This document shows, piece after piece, positions 25,275 through 36,300 of a stretch of DNA of 64,000 nucleotides (its first letter is position 1; every line of letters starts with the position of its first letter). A program made the position numbers and the translations under genes. The notes below the pieces were generated by a model. It had not been told where the DNA came from. It saw nothing but the letters and a program-made list of their open reading frames with translations, and did not search any database. The stretch spans positions 27,129,461 to 27,193,460 of the forward strand of contig OZ316891.1 in assembly GCA_973895155.1 (NCBI GenBank), read 5' to 3'. This DNA is from Marsupella aquatica (taxonomy: Eukaryota > Plantae > Marchantiophyta).

Positions 25275-26168
25275 TGTGGAGCATGTCAATACGTGAAGGT
25301 CTTTGTACGACACAGAGCCAGTCTCTACCCTCACGCTCCGAACAAATTACCGTACACAAAGAACAACAAAAAACCTTTAAAACTTTTCCATCATAGTGCT
25401 GTTGACATCATGTGACGGAGAACGAGAAGGATTGAAAGAATCTCACTGACCAATCCAAACAAAGACAGGTGGCAGGGACTGTTTGAAATGAGTAGAATTA
25501 ACATCTACTTTCAAGTCATTTGTGGATGTAGCGATGAACGGGAATGTATCGTTAAACAATCCAATAGAAAACAACACAAAGTAAGGAATTTGTTCATACA
25601 GGTTACCATTAGATGTAACTGTTGGGCAAACCAAAGTCATCTCCATCGATACTAGTGCCCGGCGCTAGTATAAAAAACCACTAAAAATACTCTCATACAT
25701 GACGATGACAGGGAGGAGATTATGTCAGCATCGGGCGCTAGCTATGTATACCCCTTGTATTTTCCCAAGAAGTACCGATTCCAAAACAATATGAAATGTT
25801 TATTGATTTTTTCAGCAATTCCATCAAAATCAATAAAATATTTCTCTTTGACTTGACAGTCCGCCAATGATAGCGCCTGGCGCTAGCACGTTCAGTCTGG
25901 TTTCTAAGTTGAAACCCGAGTACTTCTTTATGGTAGCGTCGGGCGCTAATAATTATCTAATTGCATTTTTGCACGTTACCGGTAAGTAGTGTCGTTGGCA
26001 AAATGACAAACTACATTTATGTGTCTGCACCTAACGACTAGTACCCGTTTTGTCATTTACAAACGATAATCTTCTGAGGTTTGGAATGAGTTTACTTAAC
26101 TTAAGTCAAGTAATGTTCTCCTATTTCCTCAGTTCATTTGTTTATCAAATTAATATCATTCTCCTGCA

Positions 26169-29100
26169 ATGTCTAATTCAGTCGTGCTTCTTTGTCCTGA
26201 TACTGGGGAGATTGTAAGCATCCCTTTAGGTTCATCCGACACGTACAAACAGGTCAGTGAGAACTATCTTTGTTGAAGATTTGACGTTGCCATCAACGAC
26301 ATCGATTCCATCAAACCAGACCATGCATCTGGAGAGGAGACAGATGACGCACTATTTGATATCGATGATGGAGTCAGATTTTGGCACCTCAACGCTGGAA
26401 AGAGATACATTATCAATCTCCGACAACATTCCGTTCTGAATGAAAGACATCCGGTTCCATTCATTGACCTTACCGAGAGTGAAGAGGAGGAGGTAGCCGT
26501 AGATTTGCAGACATCGGCCAATCCAGGGCCTTCTATCAAGATAGAAGGTCACTCTCCTTCCGAGCCAAACGTTTTGGGGGGTGTTGTGTACCGTCGAAGC
26601 GCAATGGATGCCATTCTCAAATCAATTGGCCATAGTGAACTGTCGCGGTTCATCCGAACAAGTGATTTCAGGCATTGGCAGGTGAATTGTCTACCAAGTA
26701 AATACAATGGAAATGTTGTGTTTGAATTGCCTCCCGCAGAAGGTCTGCTATCAAAAGGTTCGAGGCTCCGTGACATGGACAGGCCTAAAGACTACTACTT
26801 CTGGACACGGATATTTCCAACTTCTGCGAATGTCCAACCTAAAAAGTTTTGGGAATTTGGTAAAGTGACGTGTACCGGTGCACTCAAATGTCGAAATCAG
26901 AAATGTGATTATCTGCTGCGGAAGAGAAGAAGAAATTCAAAAGCTTGGGATGGGACACCCAAACTTGCGGGGCCACATACTGTGGGAAAGATTATTGAGG
27001 AGGGTGGAGTAGTTTGTCACTACTGCCAACAATTGCCCTTTTGTACTGAAGCTTGTTCAGCAATGCTTTTTTATATGTACCCGCAATTACTTCTCAACGC
27101 GGATACATGTAAACATATGTCACGTCTTGCTGTGCATGTCGGAACTCATGCGCATCCCAGTTGTAAAGTTTTTTCTCGAGGTGCGGAAAAGATTGCTCAT
27201 GAGTTCATAAAGAAGCAACATGAAGCTACACCGTCTACCACACCATCGGGTATAAAGAATGCCATAACTGGATCTTTAAGGAAGGCTCTTTGTGTGTCCA
27301 ACAATGACATCGCAGAATCGGAGGAAAGAGAAATTTGGGAGTCGTTAATGGTTGTTTTGACCCCTCAAAAGTTTGCATCTCTTTTTTGGAGTGTTCGGCA
27401 AGACCAAAAAGGTAAAGGTGAGTTAGAGTTTCTTGTGGAAATGCAGAAATGCATAAAGTTTCCATTTCTACAACGTTACATGCTGCCAGGTCAAGGCTGT
27501 AAGGAGGAGCGACCGCATATTTTCAAAATGACGGTAAAAGGGCACGGATCTGGAGTTGATTTGTTGCGCCAAATGCAACCTGGAGGTCGACTAGAAGGCG
27601 CATGGGCTAGTTTTGATGTGATGAGGAGAATGACCAAGGATTGGATAACTTTTAGCACTCACGTTTATGATCACAATTACCGTGCTCTTTGCACAATCTT
27701 CACATGTGAGTTGAAAGCTGAAGATTCTGAGTCGTTAGAAAAAGCTTGGAATTTGATGATTGAGGCTTGCCATGAAAATGGGTTAGACAACGTAGTAATC
27801 CATGGATTCATGGCTGACAATGCTCAAGCTGGATGGAATGCTGTTCGGAATGTGTTTTTTGGTGGACATCCTAACCCCAAAAAGGAGCGATCGGATGCGT
27901 TTCACTTCTATCAATCGTTTCATCGTCATTCAATTGGAGTATTGGAAGAAAAACGAGAAGAGCACCGGAAGATGTGGGACTCTTTAAGGAACGCGCCAAC
28001 ATTTCTTGGAGCCTACAAAATTTCCAGGGAAATTGACATGTGGTGGAGATCAGGGAATTGTGTTCCAAGAAAGCTTCGGATGCTCCAAGGTTGGCTTGCG
28101 TGGTGGGTGGTCCGATGGCGTCAATGGGGAAATTTCATTCGTTTGGTGAGTTTCAACATCCATAAACAAACTGTAAACACACGAATCAACATTTTAAAAG
28201 AAGGAATCAAACAAAGTCATACTAGCGCTTGGCGCTATCATTATTTCCAGTGACTTTTGTGTCCTAGTTCCACTCCAATATTTGCCCGAGTTTTTATACT
28301 AGCGCCCGACGCTACTTTTATGAACCACTTGTTACTCGTATTTGTCCATATTCTAGTGTGAATGGTGGTAGCGCCAGGCGCTGGCATTGATTAAACCCGG
28401 AAATCTAACCAAATGATTTGGTTCAAATGTTTCTTTATTGAATGCAGTGACTAAGCCATATTTCCTAAACTGTGCTCCAAATGTTTTGTGCAGAACAAAA
28501 GCGTAGAGGAAAGCGCTATGATTCCTAACTGTACTACTTCAGAGGCGGCACATTCCATAATGAAGGCTTGGCAAACTAAGAAAAAGGCTGGTCTATTTGA
28601 AGCATGTGAGATGGATCAAAATAGGGCTCTTTCACAAGTTGCTGCATATACGGCGTATAAGAGAGGTCTTAACCAAGGAACCGGACCTACAATTTGGGAA
28701 TTGGCATTCCGTTCGGCAGACCAGGCAGGTTCTTCAAAAATTTTCCAAGATGCTTCCAATATGCTTCTTTCCGGTGCGGCTGAATTCGACCTGGAAAGGA
28801 GTGGCCCTCTCAATGGGGATGTTACCACAAAGTCTATGAAGAGGAAAGGTCTAGCCTCTGGGAACATCTCGGCACAAGACTCCCATCGGCATGACACTAT
28901 TCTTGTAACATCACCAAATACTCGAGGCATGAAAAGGAAAAACTTAAACAAGACTGAATTCTCCCCCGTTGCATCGGGTCCTGTTCACCATGACATTGGC
29001 GTTGTGGACCTGTCAGAAAGTGAAATTGAAGAAGGCAGACATTGGAGTACTCCGCCCTGGAGGAGGTCAACAAGGTTGTCTGCAGCCTCCCAACCTCCCA

Positions 29101-30030
29101 ACCTCCAAAAGGTCTGCACCTCCCAACCTCCAAAAGGTTGTCCATGACTCAGTTGTGTTGGAGATAGATGTGCGACCAGGGGCGTGGCACCTACGAAGAG
29201 TGACAAGACATGGTGCAGGGCCTCAGTGTAATGGATCTCTTGGTGGAAAATTGGATCGAGATGACTGTCGCAATCGTCTTAAAAAGGTTGGTTACCCATC
29301 AACAGATGGTGTAGTTGGCATTGTTGTCAAAGGATATCGCGTGTTCAGGGGAGAAACACACCCTAAGATGATTTGGTTTTGTCCCAATAGTGCATGCTAT
29401 AAGAGCCGGCCCGGTCGTAATGTGGTGAATCTTCCCCCATTTCCTCATAGCCTGCCCGTTTTGAAAGGAACTAATCTTTCCGAGGCTGAGGTCCAATTCC
29501 TGACTCAGCAAGGGATTGCTATCAATCTAGAGGCCGGACGTCAGGTTGCTCCACCTCCTTTTGACTTGCGAATCAATGTGAACCTTTTCCCGGAGAAAAT
29601 CAATCTCCTTGAGCCAAATATCCGCCTTCGGAGCAGGAATGGTAAAAATACAATCCCACGTTCAAATCTTTCGCAAGGGCACAACAAAAGAATTGAATCC
29701 GCAAACAAGGAGTCGATGACCCTCGTTCAACAATTTGATGTTTCTGTTGGGAACTCTTAGGGCAAACAATTTCAGATCCAAACCCAAGAGAGACTTCGCA
29801 CGGCAAACACTTATTGGGTACAGATTTGCATTTTCCCATGTTGTTCTTGTGAGGACTTCTATCGTCACCATTCTCATGGTAGGCCCTTCATGCCGTGCAA
29901 GCATCTCTATTGGGTGTATACCAACGTCCTAAAACTAGATGTGGTGGATTCAACTTTGGCTAGTCAGCCAATTCTGACTGTAGGAGAGGTGAGGCTCATT
30001 CTAGCTAGGCAGAATTCTTTGGACTTATAG
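26169..30030 (+). pseudogene. Mutator-family DDE transposase with N-terminal WRKY/GCM-like Zn domain and C-terminal SWIM finger
   Basis: ATG at 26169; exons 26169-28145 and 28494-30030 (GT-AG, phase 0). Motifs: C-x5-C-x4-C...CHYC...HAHP; D1 WASFDV; D2 GFMADNAQAGWNAVRNVF; DAFHF; E in CTTSEAAHS; SWIM CSC...PCKH (~29840-29905). Stops at 26274 and 29758; frameshift from a tandem duplication at ~29085-29140. Confidence 0.88.
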
Positions 30031-30639
30031 ACTAGACATTTAGTAACGTTCAACGGCTCCAAACTGATTTGTCGCATTGGAATGTTTCACATCTTTTCAA
30101 TGATACCTAATCAGATACTCATTTTCTTTACACATTTTGTTATAACATATGGCTAGCGCCGGGCGCTAGCTTCAGTTTGTCCCTTTCTGAGTGAATCTTG
30201 TTTGATTATGGTCCAAATGCTTTCCAGTACTTATCTTTGCGATCGGAATCTCCGTTTGTGAACTTTCCTATATTTGAGTTCTTCTCGTGGGATATAAATC
30301 TTCCCCTTCCAGGTCACACTTCATTGAAGTGTACTTTATTATTTATTTATGAACACCGTTCAATCCATTTGGTCTCATCTCAAACCCCTTGGTTTTTTTG
30401 TTAGCGCCTAGCGCTATTACATAGTACCTTACCGATTCCGATGATATTTTAAAGATTGGTATTTTTGGAGTGTGCCTCACCTCAGTAGCCTATGTATGGT
30501 GGGACCCACTCAATGGTTTACGCATATATGGTGGACAAGTAATTCAGTTACAGAGACAGCATGTGAATTTTGTTGTTCCAAGGAACCCGATCAAGTCTTA
30601 CCTTTCCATCAAAAATGGGCCGAAAACTTCATATCTTTA

Positions 30640-30710
30640 CTAGTAACAGTTCCTGTTTTCCTGTTAACAGGAATCCTGTTTTCCTGTTTCCTGTCTCGGT
30701 GGTGATGTCC
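30640..30710 (-). repeat. Right terminal inverted repeat of the MULE
   Basis: tcctgttttcctgtttcctgtct at 30674-30696, with further TTCCTGT units from ~30650. The terminal CC at 30709-30710 abuts the TSD. Confidence 0.85.
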
Positions 30711-33700
30711 GCCAAATTCGATTCCAGCAAAGGTAGTCAGAGGCCTGAGGTCTCAGGAGTTGGTATGCATGATTATTGGGCAATTTAAAAACCTTCAGCG
30801 GGACAACCTGGTCCAACCACCGCTACCACCATGCCCCCGACTCAAGTCCAGTATTGCAGCAGCGTCTTGCACATATTAGCAGCAGTACTTGTTGACAACA
30901 ATCTCTATGAGCCTACGCCCGCCCTCTCAGCAAACGCCAACAACTAGTAAAATCCCTCTAGCGTTGTGCCTCAGATACCCAGCAGTCAAAGATCTTGCAT
31001 ATTCCAAGCCTTCCACAAATCTACACAGTGAACTCCGTGTGGGCACAAGACCAAGTGGTTAAGCCTTTCATGCAGCGAATAGAATCCTGTATGCTCCATC
31101 TCCCAGTATAACCAACAGCCCTAGGGACAAAGGAGTTTGCCCTGAGGTTCTCCCATGCTTTCCAGATTCCCCAAGTGTATGTTATACTGCACCTTGATTG
31201 AGGAGTGCACAACAGTAACTTATCCTCAAATTTGTAGTGATTCCATTGAATCACCCTAAAGTTCAGCCATCCCATAAGACATAGGTTAGTAGCGAGCCCA
31301 TTCTGTTCTAGGGTAGTCAAGTGCCTTCATAAACCACTATGTCAAGAGGGCATCCGAATGACTTCAAAAGTCCCTAAGCCCCAGCCCGCCTTCCACCTTA
31401 GGTCTAGCCATCTTTTCCCAAGCCACCAGAGGGATTCTCTTCCAACCAGCCGGATTAAAGGCTTTTTCAAAATTGAGCTTTAAAAACAGAGCTGCCTTCT
31501 TACGATTGTGTACCTAATCACTTTTAAGCCAAGCAAGAGAAATATTCTCTAAAATATATCTGCTTGGGATAAACCCTGTCTGCTGAGGGGTAATCAGGTT
31601 GCATAGTAGATGCTTAATTTGAAGAGCCACCAATTTGACCAGTATTTTGTAGCTGGTGTTTAGCATGTTCAAAGGGTGCTAGTCTTTTAGATATCGTTTA
31701 TCCGGTTTTTTGGGATCATCTTTATTAAACCTTCTTTGATCTCAGCAGCCAGCTCGCCTGTCAGCCAAAAGTCTTGTATCATTGCCACCAAGTCTTCCTT
31801 CATAAAGTCCCAACAGGCCCTGGATACTTCCATAGTGAGCCCATCCGTCCTCAAAGCCTTGTCCTCCGGGAGAAGCCACAACACTGCTTTCACTTCTGAG
31901 AGCGTAGGAAGCGCCTCCATTGTGCATGTCTCAGTAGCCGTAAAGGAATACCTGGTGTTCCTCATCAGAATGCACCAATTGCGCCTGCTTCCGATCAAAT
32001 CAGCCTGTGGGGGCTGCCCGGTGAGTACAATGCCTCACACTACTGTTTCACTTCACCAATAATCTCCTTAAAGTTTATAATAATTGTTCCATCCTCCTTT
32101 ACCAACATCCTCATTGCCTCCCTCTCTCTTTTGGCCTTGACGGTGGCAAAATAAAACTTAGTCGATTGCTCGTCTTTTCCCAGCCACCTGATTTTGGCTA
32201 ACCGTTTAGACTGATGTGCCACCTCCACCTCCGTAGTGTGCAACTGGTCTTCCCATCACAGTAGCTCTGACAGTTCATCAGTCGAGTATTTATCTACAAT
32301 TGTTGTCTTAAGTATTCTCACTTGATCTCTCAAAAAATTCATCTCTTCCTTACCCTGTCTTGGGGAAGCTTGTATCTCCATGTATTTCTTCCTCATCCTG
32401 CCACTAGCTCTAGAGAATCATAAGTGGGGATTAAGTTCTCCCGTTCCACCCTCGCACCAAGCAGCCTCCAATAGATCCATCTTCTTTTGCTCCTTGAGAA
32501 GGGACGGATTTGCCTTAAAAAAGCAAAGCAAACCTTACCTCTTTTTGTCACCAACTTCACAGTCTGCAAGCGCCATACGGCCACGATGGGGTCATGATCT
32601 GACAATGCCGTGCCCCCATCATGTGTTAGTTCCACAGCACCAGCAATCCACCCTCCCTGGTCACTAAGGTAAAACCAATCCAGTCGAGACTGAGTAAGAG
32701 TTGTATTATGAAGGCGCCTCCATGTGTGTCTGGAACCAATCAGAGTGCTACCCAAATTATATACATCGATAAGATTCATGCGGACTTGTAAAAACCTCCA
32801 AAATTCCACCTCCTGTCCCCTCAGCAAGGATGAGCCACCCAAAGAATCCAACCTGGTTTCAGTCATATTAAAGTCACCACACATGATCCACTTAGCTTGA
32901 GGAATAAATAGATAAATTCTTACTTGCTTGAGGTCTGAAATCACAACCAGAGCAACAATGAACCTATTTATGATTGTTACCCTATTGAACCAAAACCGGT
33001 TTGCCAGTTAAATGCAACTTCAAAAAAATCTAGTTGCCACCTTTCCCTACTGGGTGGAATCACAAGGAGCCAGCAAAAAAAAACAAAAAAACAAGGAGCC
33101 AGATTGCCTTCCTCTTGAAGTAAAAAAATGGCTGTCCTTATTCCTCAAAGTGGCAGCTCTCTATTGACTTGCAACAGATAGTAGCCCATGTTGTACTGTC
33201 AATGACAACAACAATTCAATGACAACAATTACTGCATAGCAACCAATTTTGTGTTTTTACTTTGAAGAGCTGTTGGCGGAAGTAGGGCATAAGGAACACT
33301 TGTGATCTAGAGAATGATTACACTTGATCTTAGCCAAATGCCCAAGACAAGGTATAAGAGATGATCTAGACAATTAGTTGGAGTACCCCTTGGTTATGTA
33401 AGTTTAATTTGATGTTATTCAACATCTAAGTTAGAGCACATGAAGAGTTGCATATTGGAATAAGATTGAATAGATGAGAGAAAAACGAGCAGATTATTCA
33501 TGGAAGAAGTGCATGCACATCGTTCCCTTGGTACTCCTATGTCCATAGAGTCCATGCAAATTGCTATAGAAGCCAAAGAGTTTCTTAATTATATTCCTTT
33601 GGTATTCCATTATCCAAACAGTCGAAGGGTTTGTTTATTTGAAATGTTATTTTTCAGTTTTCAATTGGTTTTACAGTTAGAAGGTCTAATTGTTTTTCTT

Positions 33701-34289
33701 TGACTTTTTTCAAACACACAGTCTTGTTTGGTGCTTTTACATCACAAACCGTTTTGTTTGTGACCAATAGTGCTAATGTGACTGCATGTGCTTCCAGGGA
33801 TTTTGGAAGGAACTTCCCATGGAGGTCCGTAATAATTAGGAAGACTGTTTTTGTTAAATTCACTAATATTGGAGGTAATTAGTAAATGAGCCCGCATACC
33901 TGTCCTTTTGAACTTAAATGAAGGTGAGGCCAAAAAGGATTTGCCTTTATCACAACGTCATGTTGTAGCGCACTTGCCCCTCGGATTAGTTACTTCACTT
34001 ACGTAGTCATATTGCCCCGCATAATGTAGATGCACTTGCCCTTTGGATTGGTTAGCTCCCAATTAATGTGCTCTGCTTCACAATTAAAGTATTGACTAGA
34101 CTAAATGCCCATTGTTTGAATGTGAATAAAATGATGACAAAAATCATCATGCATGCTTGTCATTTTGATATACATAACATGCCATCATTTTTTCCGTGGA
34201 CATAAATTTGGCGGGGCTATGGTTTGAGGCTTCATTCTAGAAGCCTAGACCCCAACTTTAGCTTCTGTTCGCGATTTACTAGTAAGATT

Positions 34290-36300
34290 TAAAAACTATG
34301 GGGATAATACAGTAATTTCCCCAAATTATTACTCTCCGTCATAATTATGGAAAGTAATGCTCAGATGGACCATTCCCATGAACCTCAGATGGTGCAGGTT
34401 ACTGTTGACCAGAAGTGTATAGGTTTTCTTACAAAGATAAATGTTATTTGCTTACAAGCCAGGTTTTTATTTTGTCCATCTAGGCATCTTGTGGAATGTG
34501 TAGGGTGATGTGGGCTTGAGTTTGGTGTTATATGTCAAAGGGTGCACTTGCCCCTCAGTCAAAATAATAGTACTCCGGCAAGTGGATGATTCAGAGATGG
34601 ACCAGATTACTCTTGACCGAAAGAGTATAGATTATCTTACAAAGAAAAGGAGTTATCTGCTCAGTATAAACATGGGTTTCCTTCCATTCAAGTGTTATAT
34701 GTCAATCAACAAAAATACAGAATAATATTGAGTCTGGCTGCCCCATGAACCCAGATGGACCAGGTTGCTGTTGACCACAAGTGTATAATAACAGAATAAT
34801 ATTGACTTTGGCGGCCATTGCCCGGGACTCGGGTTACCATGTTGCCATGGAGCAACGACATGTCTTCCACCCCGGGGATGGTGTTTCGGACAGAAGGCAG
34901 GCTGATCTGTCTTTTCTAGGGCAGGTGTTTGTGCTCTTGGAGATGTGCTTGTTGCTTATCCGACTGGAGGCAGTCACGTTGTGGTTGCTGCCCATGTGCC
35001 TGGCCATGGTGCAGCCAAGGCAGCCTGGCTTAAGGAGGAGGCATATGCAGTTTGCTACTGTGGAGATCTTTTCTACCCTTTTGCTCTATAGATATTTGGT
35101 GCTCTCCACCCCACCTTTGATCAGTTCCTCATGACTTGTGCAATTTTTTGTATTGAGTGGAGACCTTTTCCCCTTGTATCTGTCCTTACTGCCTTCTTTA
35201 GGTAAAGGGTATCCGTGGCTCTTCATAGGGCTCAGGCTTTCATTATCCTTTGTAGGGTCAAGGCAGTTGGTTTTAGGGCCTCTAGACAGATTCCACTTCG
35301 TGACCCTCCTATGCGGTTTACTGCGGAGCTCTACCAGGCTTTTCTGCTACTGCCTTGTTTAGATACAGGGCATCGGGCTTTCATAGTCCTATGTAGGGTC
35401 GAGGGTAGATAGATTCCCTTCTTGACCCTCCTATGCGGTTTACTCTAGAGCTCTACCAGGCTTTTATGTTCTCTGCACAATAGGGTTTTAGTCTTCTTTG
35501 CTCCCTTGGGGGCTCTTGGTTTTTGTCCTTGTTCTCAGATTGTGATGGGGGACTCCTTGCCTTGTTTGACCTCTTGGGTCTTCTTGGGGGCTGTCCCTCC
35601 CTCTTCTCTTTCCTTCCCTTTATTGGGTTGATTTGCCTTTGGGACAATGTCTCCAGGTTTGGCATATTTGCCCTTTGGCACTTTGATATATAGTATAGAC
35701 GTTTTTACAAAGAAAAGTGTTATCAAGTACAAACAAAGTTTCCCTAGCCTTCTGTCCACAGGGGCATTTTGTCAAACATTTAAGTCCATGAGGGCTTGAG
35801 TTTAGTGTTATATATCTATCAACAAAATGACAAAATAATAAGACGTCTCACGGGCCCATGAACTGAGTGACCACAAGAGTATAGATGCCCTCACAAAGAA
35901 AAATGTTATCTGAGTACAAACAAGGTCTCCCTTCTCTCCATCCGGGCATTTTGTCAAACGTATAGGTCCATGAGGGCTTGACTTACATGTCATATGTCAT
36001 TCAACAAAAATAATAACAGAATTGAATGAGTCTAGCGGCCTGATGAACCCCGGATGGAGCAGGTTACTGTTGACCACAAGAGTATAGATCTTCTTACAAA
36101 GAAGTGTTATCACAAGAGTATAGATTTTCCTACAAAGAAAAGGTGTTATTACAAGAGAATAGATTTTCTTACAAATAAAAGTCTTATCTGAGTACAAATC
36201 AAGGTTTCCTTGCTGTCCATCCATCGGGGCGTTTTGTCAAACGTTTCGGTCCATGGGGCCTTGCGATATGTCAATCAACAAAAATGACAGAATAATAATA
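34290..36300. repeat. Degenerate tandem array (~190-bp unit) upstream of the BAH-PHD gene, interrupted by a retroposon fragment
   Basis: Recurring blocks ccatgaac..agatgga.caggttactgttgacc.aag.gtatag..ttcttacaaaga and gggcattttgtcaaac..ccatgagggcttga..caacaaaaat.acagaat near 34376, 34590, 34742, 35760, 35855, 35944, 36042 and 36227. Confidence 0.7.
34803..35690 (+). mobile_element. 3' fragment of a restriction-like-endonuclease non-LTR retrotransposon (CRE/R2-type)
   Basis: Frame-shifted translation AIARDSGYHVAMEQRH...RQADL...GDVLVAYP...AAKAAWLKEEAY...FYPFAL..FGAL...RVSVALHRAQA matches the R-x-D...D...K-x-x-x-Y layout of RLE domains. Confidence 0.6.

Larger units (their letters stand above)
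19344..30416. repeat. 19 dispersed copies of the 15-bp palindrome TAGCGCCNGGCGCTA, restricted to the MULE
   Basis: Starts at 19344, 19506, 19744, 20052, 20860, 20967, 22091, 22183, 23009, 24414, 25653, 25726, 25871, 25934, 28223, 28300, 28369, 30154 and 30402. Perfect copies at 23009, 24414, 25871 and 30154; the rest have 1-3 mismatches. Counted by eye. Confidence 0.92.
19151..30710. mobile_element. Mutator-like DNA transposon (MULE), 11,560 bp, with divergent transposase and ParB-methyltransferase-like genes
   Basis: 9-bp TSD gccaaattt (19142-19150) / gccaaattc (30711-30719). GG...CC termini. 23-bp perfect inverted repeat AGACAGGAAACAGGAAAACAGGA, 14 bp inside each end. Removing the element restores the LINE frame (DYLCWNRIWLSNGLELVWGKRW). 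Encodes a MULE DDE transposase. Confidence 0.92.
18149..32903 (-). mobile_element. 5'-truncated L1/Tx1-like LINE (APE endonuclease, RT, zf-RVT), split by the Mutator-like element
   Basis: APE motifs WIMCGDFN, SRLDWFY and SDHDPI; RT motifs EGLIKMIPK and KLNFEKAF (then an internal deletion), AWEKMARPKVEGGLGL; zf-RVT across the MULE junction. Poly(A) seen as a T-run at 18151. 23-bp TSD ataaata(a/g)ataaattctt(c/a)cttg at 18126-18148 and 32904-32926. Confidence 0.88.

Noticed and set aside
20141-29932. Antisense ORFs overlapping the MULE genes (e.g. 21534-22052 +, 23043-23324 +, 28616-28951 -)
   Set aside because: They are shadow frames of the real genes on the opposite strand.
19344-30416. Palindromic repeats as a CRISPR array or bacterial REP elements
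   Set aside because: Spacing is irregular (63 bp to over 2 kb), the repeats are only 15 bp, there are no cas genes, and the context is a spliced eukaryotic transposon.
19151-30710. Bacterial or phage contamination as the source of the ParB/MTase-like gene
   Set aside because: The gene has spliceosomal introns, and the element is inserted with a TSD into a plant LINE whose frame is restored when it is removed.
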